Origin: the human T2T-CHM13v2.0 reference genome, Homo sapiens
DNA: 64,000 nucleotides
Direction: 5' to 3' (one strand)
Assembly (NCBI RefSeq): GCF_009914755.1
Contig: NC_060925.1
Part shown: piece by piece, positions 41,800 through 54,742 of the stretch
Layout of the letters: each line of letters opens with the position of its first letter
Numbering within the stretch: the stretch's first letter is position 1
Made by a program: the position numbers and the translations under genes
The notes under the pieces: model-generated
Databases searched by the model: none
Told to the model about the DNA's origin: nothing
What the model saw: the letters and a program-made list of their open reading frames with translations, nothing else

Positions 41800-42266
41800 G
41801 AGCTGGCCATCCAGTACGGCGGCCATGTGTGGCATCAAGCACCTGAGACACGGCTGAGCCCAGCTAGAGGGGCTGGCTGTCCGTGGGAAACACACAGGGA
41901 CTTAGTAGGGAAAAGAGTATGAGATAGCTTGTGACTACTTTTTAAAAAATTAGTAAAATCATACTCTCTTGGATATATTGGGTTAAAGTATAAAATATTA
42001 TTAAATTTTCTTCTCTTTTACCTTTTAAAATGTAGCTTCTAGAAATTTTAAAAATCTTTTTATATTTTACTTTTAAGTTCTGAGATCCATGTGCAGAACG
42101 TGCAGGTTTGTTACGTAGGTATACATGTGCCATGGTGGCTTGCTGCACCCATCAACCCGTCATCTAGGATTTAAGCCCTGCATGCATTAGGTATTGCTTC
42201 TAGAAATTTTAAAATGACACACGTGCCTTGTGTTGTGGCTCAGGTTCTATTTCCATTGGACAGTGC
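41800..42266. mobile_element. MER33-like hAT-Charlie element interrupted by an L1PA fragment
   Basis: gacttagta...ttggatatattgggttaaa...ctagaaatttt[L1]aaaat...tgtggctc...tttccattggacag. Confidence 0.75.
42054..42195 (-). mobile_element. Heavily 5'-truncated L1PA (~140 bp of the 3' end)
   Basis: ttttaagttctgagatccatgtgcagaacgtgcaggtttgttacgtaggtatacatgtgccatggtgg...; perfect 19-bp TSD gcttctagaaattttaaaa at 42035-42053 and 42196-42214. Confidence 0.93.
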
Positions 42267-43488
42267 AACTCTGGCACTCACAGATTGGCCAGAGCTGCCT
42301 CCTGAATGAGGGGCACTTAGAGGAACAGTGCTGTGTGACCTCTCACGTAGGGCCCGAGCCTCGATGGCAACTGGACCTTTGTGCATGGGAGCCTCAGGCA
42401 TGGGCTCTTGAGGTGACATCCTTTGGAAGAGAACTTCACAATCTCTCCTTCAGCTCTGCTGTGTCAGCAGTCATCTTCAGACACAGGAACTGTACGGGGC
42501 TCTACAGTGACAGACGGACTGAGACACACACCCTCCCTGAAGACTGAAAAACCAGGAAGGGAGAACCACCACCCACATAGAGCTAGCAAGAGAAAGTCTG
42601 AGCAGTGCAGCCATTGCTGAGAACGTTCCAGAAGCTGCAGTGCACTGTGGAGGGAGACAGCAAGGGAGACTCCCCTGGGAGGGGCTGGGCGATGAACAGG
42701 ACCTGACAGGTTATGTGGGCAGAGCTGGCACATGGGCGCTGAGGCGTGAAGGGCAGGAGTCAGGTTGGCACAGCAATGCATGCTCACCTGCCAGCCCCCA
42801 TGGGGCAGCCTCTGCCGTGACCCTCCAGCCCTGCTGGCTCCCAGCTGGCTGGCTCCTGACATGGGCTTTGCAGTCCTCTATCAAAACCCATCAGCTTGGG
42901 GACTGGATGGTGGGTGACCATTGCCTCTGGGTGGTGGAGATGGATGCATGGCAGCACGGTGTGTGACCAGGCAGTGACACCAGGTGCAGCATCGCAGTCC
43001 CCAGTCCTGCCCAGGCCTCCCTTCCTGATGTGTCTTGTTTGGGGCCTTGGGGAAGGGCCCACCTGCCTCCCTGGTCTGCAGGCACCAAACTGTATCTGCT
43101 GAACAGATACAGAGGGGCCTGTCTGGGACCCTGCCAGTTTGTTCTCCAAAGCCCCTGCAGCACATAGACGCCATACCTTGGCGGCCGTTTTTCTACTTGA
43201 ACGTCCAAAGGACAAACTAAACATTTAAAATCTGCAAGCTGGACAGTCTTTGCTTTGGAGCCTGCAGCAAATTTCTTCATCTTGACAGTCGAGTCATTCT
43301 TCTCAGCATCGATGTGGTATTTAGGATCCGGGAGGAGGAGGAAGCTAAGGGAGCCAGGGCACTGGGGAGGCCGCCGGGCACGCACACACGTGGTCCTTAG
43401 GGCTCAGGGGCTGTCTGCGTGGGTTGGATGGCTGGAATTTCCTTCCCCCTAATGCCACATCTGGCTGGATGTTGATGCCTCCTTCTTC

Positions 43489-43988
43489 TTTTTATTTTTA
43501 TTGTGGTAAAAGACACATAACATAAAATTTACCATCAGTGGTCATTAGTACATTCATGAGGATGTGCAACCATCTAGCTCCAGACATTTTCATCACCCCA
43601 GAAGGAAACCCGACACCCATCAGCCATAACTCCCCATCACCCTCTTCCCCCAACCCTTGGCAACCACTAATCTCCATGCTGTCTCTATGAATTTGCCTAT
43701 TCTAGATATTTCATATAAATGGCACCATGCAACACAGGGCCTTCCATGCCTGGCCTCTTCCACTCAGCATCATGTTTTCAGTGTTCATTCATGTAGTAGC
43801 CGGTATTAGAACCTCATTCCTTTCTATGGCTGAATAACATGCCGTTGTACGTCTGTGACACATTTTGTTTCTTCATTCATCCATCTGCAGATACTTGGGG
43901 TAGGTCCACCTCTTGGCTACTGTGAGCGATGCTACTGTGTGCATGTGTCTGTGTTTTTGTTTGAGCACCTGTTTTCACTTCCTTTGGC
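43489..43988 (-). mobile_element. L1MB-like 3' end
   Basis: ttattgtggtaaaa...acataaaatttaccatc...ggcaaccactaatct...atttgcctattctagatatttcatataaatgg. Confidence 0.88.
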
Positions 43989-44669
43989 CATGCTTTTGCC
44001 CCAGCCTCCTATGAATCTTTCAAGCCAGACTTGTGTTTGAGGGGCTGCAAGTGCAGGGGAAGGAACATGCACGCCCGGAGAGTGAGGAGTCCTGGCCTGG
44101 CTCCGCCATGAACATGCTGAGCTTGGACAAGTGCTTTTCTGTTCTATACCTCGGTTTTTTTCCTCTGTCAAGAGAGATAGACCAGACCTGTGTTTTCATC
44201 TGCCGCCTTTAGGGTCCTAGGTTTGTGGACCTCTGGGGGAAGAGAGAGAGGCCAGACAATTGAGCTAAAAACCTTTCTTTTCACAACTCCTTCCCCTCGT
44301 CGGCGGGAGCATCTCCCGCTCTGTGTGTTGCTTTTTCCCTGCTTCCTATGATGTTTTAAGCAAAGGGCTCCATGGAGACAAGGAATTTTGCCTATCACTG
44401 AAGTCGAGGATCTTATGAGTTGAACTAGGCTTTTGGGGTGGCAATAAGCTTGATCCTGCTGGAAGGAGAGAATCCCCCTGAAGGAGATTCAGTCTGGACT
44501 CCTCCTGGTCCACTGAAGGGAGGTGGGGCTGGGAAGTGACCCTGGGTCAGTGGGGAGCAGGGAGCTGTCAGCCTGGGCTGGGAAAAGTTCAGTTCCTCAC
44601 TCATCCAAGCACACTGTGGCTGTCCCTTCTGAAATTCAGAGCAGTGGTGCAGAATGTGAGCCTTGGAGC

Positions 44670-44860
44670 CATTCTGCATGGGTTTGGGTTCTGGTTCTAC
44701 AGGTACTGGCCATGTGACCTTAGGCAAGTCACTTAACCACTCTGTGCCTCAGTTTCCACACCTGTAAAGTGGCCATGGTTCCTATTTCATAGTTTGTTAT
44801 GAAGATTAAACGAGATGGTCCCACATAAGTCCTAGGGCAGTACCTCCACCACCTTAGCAT
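44670..44860 (+). mobile_element. MIR
   Basis: tgtgaccttaggcaagtcacttaaccactctgtgcctcagtttcc...ctgtaaagtgg core. Confidence 0.8.
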
Positions 44861-46600
44861 TGGTGACATTGATGGAAGCAATGACACAGATGGTGAAGTC
44901 CTTCTCCCCACAATCACTCTGAATTTGGATGGCTTTTACATGGCTCCATGCCATTTAGCACCAAATACTTTGTGTGGTTTTCGTTCTTTAGCGAATCTCC
45001 CCAAACGAGTTCCTGAGCTTTTGCAGGGCGGGCTCACCTGTGGTCTGCCCATCTGGTGAGGGGGTGGCCTGGGGAAGGGCCATGGGCTGGGAAGGCTGGG
45101 CAACAGGGGCCTGGCATTATACGGGTAACTCAGACATGCTCCACCCAGCCAGGTTCATGCAGCAGCATGGGACAGTCGATGGCGGGTGAGTCCATCTTTG
45201 GGGCCCAGCCAACCTGAGCACAACAGAGATGGGAGCCTGGGCCTGTGCATCAGCTTCCTCGGAAAGGCTTCTCTCAGAGGGGCTCTGTGTGGGAGGTGTC
45301 CTGGATTGGGAGAAGCAAAATTTACCTTTGGGGTGGAGGAGGGAGTGGCGGGTGATGTAGGTAGTTCTTACATCAGCGTGATTTCCTGGGACCTCTGCTT
45401 GCTTGAGAGAAGCTCATTAAACATGACGTGACCCCTGCTAAGTTTGGCCACAGAGGTGACCCCGTAACAGCACTTACACACACTATCATGTTGACTTGCC
45501 TGTACCCATCGCTCGACTGTGAGCTCTTTAACTGCACGCTTCAAAGTGGTCCTGTTCCCTTTCTGGTATACAGTAGATGCTCAGTAAGTGTTTGTAGAGT
45601 AAACACAGAAGGCAGTAAGTAGTGCCAGGAGTTTTTCCCCTTCGGCGGGCCATAGCAGTAGGAAGCCCTGTCAGGCTGGGGTGAGCGTTGGCTGAAGGAT
45701 GCCCATGAAAGTCTTCTTTGGATGTCCAGGGTTTTGGAACAAATCACATGTTTAGAGGTTGGGATCCACTGCACCTCCCATCCCCTGGGCCACTAAGGGT
45801 CACTTCTCTCAGCATGGTCCTGAGCAGGGGCATGGATCAGGGGGTTCCAGCTGGCACAGCCTATTCCTCTGGATACCAGATCTCCTGAAGTTCAGGTAGA
45901 TAAGCTGATGCACGTGACAAGTGGCTTAGTAAATCCACGTACTGACTCCAGCCGCAGTGTGCTCTGGTTTTGTGAAGCCAAATGAGAACCAATTGACAAA
46001 CCAACAACTCTGAACGGTCATTCCGATGTTACCATTCATTGTCTGCAGGCGTGGGCACGTGGTGCTGTCCGGGGTGGTGGAGGTGACAGATGATGATTAA
46101 TCCAGCAGTGGTGGCAGCCTCTGACCTGGACCATTTTGGTACCTGTGAACTCATCGGGCTGCTAGACAGGTGGCTCACACCACGTAGATCTTATAACGAT
46201 TCATGGTAGCTATTGTTTGGGGCTTGTCCTCTGCCAGCCAGTGTATTTAGAATGATCATTCCTTAGAACTGCCTCGTGAGCTGATAGTCTCCCAGTTTCA
46301 TAGGAAACTGGTCTAGACAGATTAGGTAATGTGCTCAAAATGAGACAGCTAATAAGAGGCCGTGCTGGTACCCAAAGCCAGGGCATTGTTTGCTTCCAAT
46401 GCATGTGCTCTTAAGTGTGTTACTATTTTGCCTTCCTACAGTGACATAGAGTTAATTAAATAATTGGCAAAGTTTTAGTCAGGAACTGCTGCATTTTGCT
46501 GCTTTTAAGCTCCTGTGTCAACTATCTTCAGTGACACACACACACTCTCTCACTCACGTGTGCATGCATATTTACTTCTGCCATGCACGTTTTTCCTAGC

Positions 46601-46660
46601 CCCATCCCATCCCATCCCATCCCATCCCATCCCATCCCATCCCATCCCATCCCATCCATC
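46601..46660. repeat. (CCCAT)11 pentanucleotide repeat
   Basis: 11 perfect units at 46601-46655. Confidence 0.97.
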
Positions 46661-48371
46661 CGGCCATCTGTCTAACAAACACTTATCAGGTGCTTCCTAT
46701 GTGCCTCAGGACACTGTTAAGTCCAGGGGATGTGTCAGCGATAACGTGTTCCTTATCCTTCTCATGCTACAGTGGGGGATGTTATCTGAGTAAACAAGCA
46801 ATTAGAATGCAGAGTGATAAATCCTGCCAACTGGGGGAAGGTGCCAGTGCCACCCAGGCAAGCAGTAGGGATAACTGACGCCATCATGAATAGTTAGGGA
46901 GGGCCAGCCAGAGGAAGGATCTATCTACAGTGAGACCTCAGGGAAAGATTTTTCTAAGGAGAGGAAATAACACGTAAAAAGGCTCAGGGATGAGAGAACA
47001 ATGTGCTGGTTGATCAGCTGCTTATTTATGATTTCTTCAGCTGCAGTCAGTGATAGAAACTTGCACAGTGAAGCAACTCTATTTTTGCTATAGGCTTCTG
47101 CTTCCCAGGTTCTTTGTCAGGTCCAGGCTTCCGGACAGAGGTGGCTTGGGCTCTCAGTTCCCAATCACTGGCTGCCTTGTGGTGGCCGGCTCCATGGGAT
47201 GTCAGGCCTTGATCTCCACTCTTGGCCTGTGGTGTTTGGACTGCATGGCATCAGGGGCATTTTCTACTCTCACCTGCTCTGCTTACCGGGCTTCTCTTCC
47301 TTCTCAAGGCCAAGTTTAGCATCTCTGGTCACTGGTGTCAACTCCATTATGTCCCAGCTGAAAGAGGCTGCTCGCCTCCAGGCAGAGGGGCTGCTACCTT
47401 CCCAGGAGCCCTCTAGGAACCCCGGCTGCAGAGAGAGCTGAGGTGGAGGCCTCCCCTCTGAATTTTCCTGATAGTCAGGGCAGGAGCTGCGTGTTGTAGC
47501 ATCACCAAGATCAAGGGAGACATGTACTAGTCCAGCCTTAATTTAACTTACAATCCCTGCCAATTTCATGTTAGCAGATCCTTTCGGAGGTGGAAGTAAT
47601 GGGCCATATCATGCCTCGAGCTGGAGCAATGACTTATGTTGATGTCACTCACTGGCTTTTTATGGAAATTATTAATAAATCAGTAATTCTATCTGCAGTG
47701 ATGTTGTTGTGTTTATAAATATTTAATTTGCCTTCAGATGCCCACATTTTCCTCATCTTTACCTTAAACTCTGCTGACGTTGCTCTTCTTTTGGATGTGC
47801 CGCTCACTAGATTTAAGTTATCAGTAGTGGGAAAGGTTAACTTATTTCTCCCCGTTTCCTCTCTGGAATATGGCTTTATCGTGTCTTTTCTTTTTAATCT
47901 TTGTGTGATTTTGGCTCAGGGGGTTGGGGATGAAGCTGAGAGAATGCGACGTCTCTTGTGACAGAGATGAAAGATTCGTCCAGCTTCAGAAAAGGACGAA
48001 ACTTTCCAATTATGGTCTCGCATCGTGGAGAATTGTTGTTGTTGGCATGTGTTTTTCCCTCCCTAAATTAATGACATTTAGAATCTGAAATGGTGTCTGA
48101 TGTCTTCCTGCCACAGAGAAATATTTTTGTCCTTGCCACCGACTCATCTTTTGAGGCCCAGTGCTTTGATTACTACCGTGTGACAGGTTGAATGGAAAGG
48201 CCTTAAAAAATCAAAATAGAAACAGAGTCCAAGTCGAGTATTTCTCTAGCAGGGATGGAGTTCCAGGCTCGCAAATGAAAACAGCAGCTGGGAAACAGCA
48301 AAAACTTTCTTACCTCTCAGGATCCAATGTGAGCTAATTGTTGTTATTATCTTTTTATTCTTCTGTTTCAG

Positions 48372-48439
48372 GAAATTGCAGCTTATTTAATAACATTTGA
48401 GAAACACGAAGAATGGCTAACCACCTCCCCTAAGACAAG
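48372..48439 (+). CDS. CAMTA1: Internal coding exon (68 nt, phase 0 to phase 2) of calmodulin-binding transcription activator 1, CG-1 domain; probably exon 4
   Basis: Acceptor ctttttattcttctgtttcAG ends at 48371, with branch-like CTAAT at 48334-48338. Donor AAG|GTAATG at 48439/48440. Translation EIAAYLITFEKHEEWLTTSPKT+AG matches the remembered CAMTA1 CG-1 sequence (...WNTNE-EIAAYLITFEKHEEWLTTSPKTR-PQNGS...). Confidence 0.96.
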
Positions 48440-49715
48440 GTAATGTCCCAGATCTTGCAGTTTTTCAAATGTGTACCATAAGTGGATTGATTTGCATTGA
48501 TTACCTGATTTGGCCAGTGAATTCATGGGCAACGAGTTGAAAATGCCATGTTGTGCTGGATGGCTTTCGACACTGAGGTCTCATTCATTGACATAAGACT
48601 GTGGCAGTGAATACGATCAGATGGATTAAAAAGAGTGCAAGTGCCATCCGCCAGTTGGAACTTTTAACCTGACGGCTGCATCCTTCAGCCGGGTGCTTGG
48701 AAGGCTTCACAGGCAGGAGCCTCAGGGGAAGTTTATTTTGGGAAATTGCTCGCCTGCCACTAGTGTTCTCTAGAAACGTGCTTTGAAAAAAGAGAAACCA
48801 GCTTAACTGCCCACTTTTATCTCAACTTGTCTACAAACTGAAAGTCAAGTTCTTGATTGGTGGTAAAGAGATCCCCCCAAATCAGAAGCAATGGCTAAGC
48901 TCGCAGTTTATTATGCAGTAAATGTCCTTGAACCTGCTAACTGCCGCAAACACTTAGCTTCTCTCACCACTTGGGAATAGAGGGAATTAGTGAAAATATA
49001 GCTGACCTGCGTTCCGCCAGCACCAGTGATGTTACCATCTTGTGAACGGTGATGTTGGGACTTAGGGTTGATTTTAAAAGGCAGCCTCTTTTGGTCCTCC
49101 CCAACTCTAGGTTTTTATTTTTGGAATGTTACAATCTAGAGCTTCGGAAATACATGGCCACTCTCTTCCAATTGCCGTAAGTTTTCTGTTAGCAGTGACA
49201 GGACCCAGGTGTTTATTAGCTGGCGGGGTGGTAGCTGGAGTGTGGTTTACACAGGATGCCTGGACTGCAGGCTTGAACTGAAGTGGTGGAATGTCCAGTT
49301 GGTTTCACGTTGGACAGAAGCCCCAGAGTCCCCAGGTTTGTTAGGACCAGGGAAGGGTTGAGTGTGTCCTCTGTGCCCGTGGCCCATCAGCTTGACCTGT
49401 TCATCCTTCCTGAGTCATGGGAAAGGTCATCCTTGGGAATGTTTATTCCTTCTAGAAGGTATTTTAAAATACCACATTATTAGGCTGAGATATTTACTGG
49501 TTAGCATCTTTTAGGTGAGGGCACAATCCTCCCCTTTGAAGGAGGCTAGAGGGCATTGTGGAAGGAAGGTTAGTTATTGAGGCTCCCTTCCCCAGGTGGC
49601 TCTGAATGGTTCACCTCTGGCCTGAGAATGGGAGGAGAGTCTGTCCGCAGGAGTCCCCAAAACCTCAGCCTGCTGGAACCATGGTTTTTCCTTTGCTATA
49701 AAATCAAATAATTTA

Positions 49716-50125
49716 TATCAGTCAGCTTTTGCTGTGATAATTCTGTGTAAGAAACGACCTGCAAGCTTAGTGACTTTAAACAACAAATCTTTATTTTCTG
49801 CTCATGGGTCTGTGGGCTGCCTGTGGCTTTGGGTTGAGGTCAGGTCTGCTGTGTGCATCATTTTGCTGTGGGACCTAGGCTGAGGAAGCCCCCTCTGCCT
49901 GGGAAGTTGGCGTCTCCCAGAGGAGGGCAGAGGCTTACAAGCCCAAGGCAGTTGATGCAGGTGCAGTTGAAACTCCTGCTCAGATGTGGCATCATATGTC
50001 ATGCCTGCTGATGAATCCACTGGCCAAAGCAAGTCCCCTGGCCAAGCCCAGTAAGAATGGGGCTGGGAAGGACATCCCTCCACAGAGTGGGGGCAGGGGT
50101 GGGCGGTGGAGAGGATGGGAATACA
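49716..50125 (-). mobile_element. Ancient MaLR LTR (MLT1J/K-like)
   Basis: tatcagtcagcttttgctgtgataattctgtgtaa...cttagtgactttaaacaaca...ccactggccaaagcaagtc...ggccaagccca. Confidence 0.75.
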
Positions 50126-50212
50126 GTGCACTATTTGGTGAATACGGCCATGTTAAACTAGAGAGCCTGACATGCTCATTTCCCCTTTCTTCTGCGGCAT
50201 CTTCTTGGAGGA

Positions 50213-50391
50213 CATCATTCTCAAACTTGAGCAGGCATCAGAATCAGCTGAGGGCTCATTAAAATGCGGGCCCCACCCTAGGGTTTCTGATTCAGCAGGT
50301 GCGGTGCAGGGGGCCTGAACATGTGTTATTTCTAACAAGCTCCCAGGCAGTAGGATGTGGCTGGTCTGGGACTGTACTTTGAGGGCCACTG
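50213..50391. mobile_element. MER5A hAT-Charlie element
   Basis: ttctcaaacttgagcaggcatcagaatca...ttctgattcagcaggt...atttctaacaagctcccagg...actttgagggccactg. Confidence 0.88.
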
Positions 50392-53289
50392 GCCTAGTTT
50401 TCTGGGGGAGAAGGAGGCTTATCTGATTTCTGCCTCTGGACCATTTCCTGACTTCCAAGGGTGGCCCTTATCTCAAGCAGCCGCCAGCCTCTCCTTGCGC
50501 CCTTCACTCTCCGCTGAAACACTCCTTGAATCTAAGTGGAAAGAGAAGAGCTCCTCCTTAGCCAGAGAGGGAGCTTCTCTGGAATGCGTCCTGGGCCAGA
50601 CATCTGATTTCAGATACGCAGACCCGTGCTGGGTTTCAGCCACCCTTTGACGGCAGAACAGTAGAACATTTCAAGGCAGCGGTTTTACCTCGAGTTTCAG
50701 CCTTTGGAATTTGGGTTACAATTGAGAAGGGGATGTCACTCAGGGTCATGCCTGACTCGCATGACTTTCTGGAATATACATAGAGCCAAGAGACCCCACC
50801 CCGAGGCACAGGGTGTGTGCCTGGCAGAAGAAGGAAGGTGGGTTTCAGATGTGGTCAAGTCCGGGTTTGAGTCCTGGCTCCGTCACTCAGTGGCTTTGCG
50901 ACTGTGAAAAGGTCATCTTAGCTCCTTTAAAAGCCCTGGTTTTTCTTCTTCATATAGAAAATGGAGTTGCTGTTGATCCCACCCTTGCTGGGTCACGATG
51001 AGGATTGAATGTGGTCACGTTTCTGATTCTGCTTCCCATGCCGTCGGGTCTGTCCATGCACAGGTGTCACTGTGCCTCTTATCTGTGGGGCAGTCCCCAA
51101 CCTGCTGGATGCTTTGACTTCGACAGGCGTCTGCCAGGATTTCTCTGGGTTTGGAAGGACGAATTTCTTTCCTAAAGGCAGAGGGTGAAGACGGAAGGTT
51201 TCCTATTAGTATTATAATATCCACTCCATGTTTACACTTGAAAGCTTCTTGTCCCAGGAGAAGCAAAACTTGCTGTGGTTGTTCAAGGACCTTCCTAAAT
51301 TAGTTGTTGAGTTGTGTTTGGATCCCCACCCCCACCCCATCTCTAGTATTGAAATTAATTGGTGCAGTTAACTGCTGAGTTCATACAAACTGGCCTCCTG
51401 GTATTAAGGAATTAATGACACCAATACTCTGCTGAATGAGAAGGCAATACAACTTCTGTTTGCTGCTGCCGCCGCCACTGCTAATTTCATTTTAGAAAAT
51501 TAATAAAAATGAATTGCACCACTGACATTTATAGAGTTTCCTAATAAAATGATACATTGTTTGTGTGGAGGAATCCCTATTAAATTAATTGTTGTAATCA
51601 GTTCACATATAGATGTTGGTATAGAAGCTGCAGAGGGGCCCCCTGCTTGTCTCTGTGGCTTGCTGCTGGCTGGGGGTTATAAATATAGTCCTTGCTCAGA
51701 TACTGCCCTAATTACAGAGAAGGCCCCGGGAGCCCCAGCTCACCTGTTTAATAATGAGGTGTGCTACACGGAGGCTCCCAGGGCTGGGGACCCTGGGGGC
51801 AGCCGCGGTATCGCAACAGAGCTGAATGCTGAACGTTCAAACAGCCCGTATTGTACTCTCAGCAACTGGGACCTCCGGTTTGAAAAATCACCCTGCGGAA
51901 CGTGTTTTTTTGGCACTTGCTGTGTGCTCAGTGTGATAATAATACCATTTGGAGACCCCAGGGAACTTCATGCTCCCCACCCTGCCAGGTGAATTGAGAA
52001 TCTTGGAAAGAAGAGTGTCCTCTGTCTAGAATGTTCTCCCAGCTCCTCCTGCAGGCCTTGACTGGGTGTCCCTTTCTCGGGGAGGTGTCCCTGGCCATGC
52101 AGTTTAGTCTCACCCCCACCCCCACCCAGCCAGCCCCCTTTCCTCCTTTCTTGTTTTACGTTTCTCTGGAGCACTCATCGCCTTCTGACACACTGTGTCT
52201 GTCGCAGTTGCCTTGCCTAATTTATGTATTCATTACTTGACCCACTCCAAAGTGTTAGCACGAAGAGGAGAGGGATTTTTAGTGGGGCTTGTTCATGGGG
52301 CACCCCCAGCTCCTAGAACAGTGTGGACACCTCCCAGACCCTCAAGAAATATCCATAAAATGAACAAAAGTGACATAGAAAGGTGAGCCTGAGTGTTGTG
52401 AAGGAAGGGACCTGGTTTTCTCCACTTCAGTTTTTCGGGTATTTCTAGTCCCAGGATTGTCCGGTTGAGCCAGCACTGTGTTCTCTCACACCGCCCATGG
52501 GCTGGATGCTGTGCTTTGAAACCCTTCTGGCAGCTCTGCCAGGTATGGAAGGTACGTGCCCTCCTGGGACTGCATGGTGAGTCCGTGCTAGAACTGGAAC
52601 TTGAACCCAGTATGATCTCACTGCAAAGCCCATACCCTTTGCTTTTGTGCCTGTGAAGGTTCCCAGGGAGCCCGTCAATAGCTCCTCTATTCCTCTCCGC
52701 CTCTCACTGCCGTGAATTCCAAACCAACTAGGAGAACCAGGCTCCAGGCAAAGGTTCCCTTTGTCAGTAAGCGTGGCTCATACGTGCCAGCCAGAAGGGT
52801 GTTCTACACTGCCCTCTGAATTGGAGTTAGCCCCCCAGTCACAGGCAGTGTGGAAGAGTGGCACACCACTGCAGGGGAGCAGGTCCCTTTCACCAGAGGG
52901 CAGGGAACCGGGCTGAGCCCAGGACAGGCAGACAGCTGCAAAACTGAGCAATCCCAATCATTTATTCCTGCTCCCCTGGGAAATACGCAACCTTCCCTGG
53001 AAGCCAGGAACACACAAAGCTCAAGATTGAAGTAAGAGCATGTCCTTCCCAGGAATCCTGTTTATACCCGTTAGAAAGAGGCTGGAAAAGGCTGTTGATT
53101 ATCTAATTAATTAATTAGATTGATATAGATAGCACCTCCACATGGAAGCACTAAGGGTCTCATAATAGAATTTTCCTATGATGAACACTAAATGCCTTTT
53201 GGTCAATAAGCAATAAAACAGCCCAGTAGAAGGAGGGGGTCTAGAAGGAAAGGAGGAGAAAAGTGAGCCCTGAGTTTCAAAAAGACTCC

Positions 53290-54340
53290 AGTGGCTCAGA
53301 GAGAGCTTCCACTCTCCTCCTCCTGGTTTCCTGACCCCATCCGTCCATTCCGGCTTCAAATGCCCAGATCTTTCCCCGCCCTGATGGTGGTGGACATCAA
53401 ACTGTGATCCTCTGCTCTTTCTTCCCACATTCTCCCTTGTGGGGCTCCCAGGACTCCCCGACACCATGGTCTCACCGTCAAGTCTCTGTGGATCATTCCC
53501 CACATCCGACTCTGTCTCCCCGGCACCTGCATGACGTATTATGATCTCCAGCTCGCCATCTTCTCCCCTCCTTCCCTGACTCCCACTCTGCTTTCCATCT
53601 TCTGACTTCCCTGGTTCTAGAAGAGCCACCTCGTTTGTGGAGATGCCAGAGCATACAACTTGGACTCCAGGTGGCTCCTTTTTCTCCTTTGTCCCCTGCA
53701 TCTCATTAGCCACCAACTCCGTCAGTGTTTCCGACTGTAATTCACATCCTCATTTTCGTATGTTTTCCCCCAGGTTCAGCTGTGTCCTCACTGCCACTGT
53801 TACGCTTGGAGTATTGAAATATCTCCTACTAGGTTTCCTTCTCTAAGTCGAACTCCTCCTCCCCATTGGTTTGCCTGAAATATTGCTTTGATTCCATCGT
53901 TATTCTACTTGGGAGCCTCAGATACTTCCTGGGAGCTGAGGTTGACTCTCCAGTGATGTCGTTAAGGCCATTCTTCTGTCTCAACCCACCCTTTTCCGTT
54001 TATTTTCCTTGACATCCCACCTCTAGGTACTGCTACAACTGGGGAGCTGCTGGCTGCTCTCTGAATATCTTTCTTGTCCCCCACTTTGGCCTTCACTTGG
54101 CATTGCCCTCACCTCGAATGCCCTCATGTCCAATCTGGTCTGCCTCTTCCTGGGAGCCTTCCCCAAACTCACCAACTCAGGGCGAGCCCTCTTCCCTTCC
54201 TGCTCCCGTAGCTGCACGTGCTTTGTTGTCGGTTGTTTGCCAATTCAGCTGTCATGAGTGAGTCTTTCTTCCCCAGTGGGGTGGCGGGTTCCCCAAGGAC
54301 AAGGTCATGCTGTCCCTTTTATCTCTTCACAGCCTGTGTG
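53290..54340 (+). mobile_element. Degraded L2 fragments
   Basis: Pyrimidine-rich L2-like body (ttcctgggagccttccccaa..., ccccaaggacaaggtcatgctgtc...). Confidence 0.45.
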
Positions 54341-54742
54341 CAGGGAGGCCAGGGCTTTGATGGGGTGGAGTTGGGGGCGGACAGAGTGTGGATGCATTGC
54401 ACAGCAGCAAGTTTGCCCAGGAGGCAGGAGTGCCAGTGCCTGCCATCCATGGGGTTCTTTGTCCTAGACAGCCCTTGGGGTCCCGGCATGGTGCCAGCCT
54501 ATGAGCTGAGGCCTCTGCCTAGAAAGTCAGTGTTATCAGGCCCCAGGCTGGTCCTGGTGCAGTGGGGTTTGTCTTTGTTCAGCCCCATTGTAAGACCCCT
54601 GGCAGTGACCTGTTGGTCACCTTTAAGGCATCTGCTCTTTGGGACAGACAGAGGACTTTTCTAAGGAAGCCCCTATTCCTGGTAAGGCTGCTCGAGTGAC
54701 TGGAATAGAATTGCAAAAACCATTTAAAAATTCCCAGAGCTG

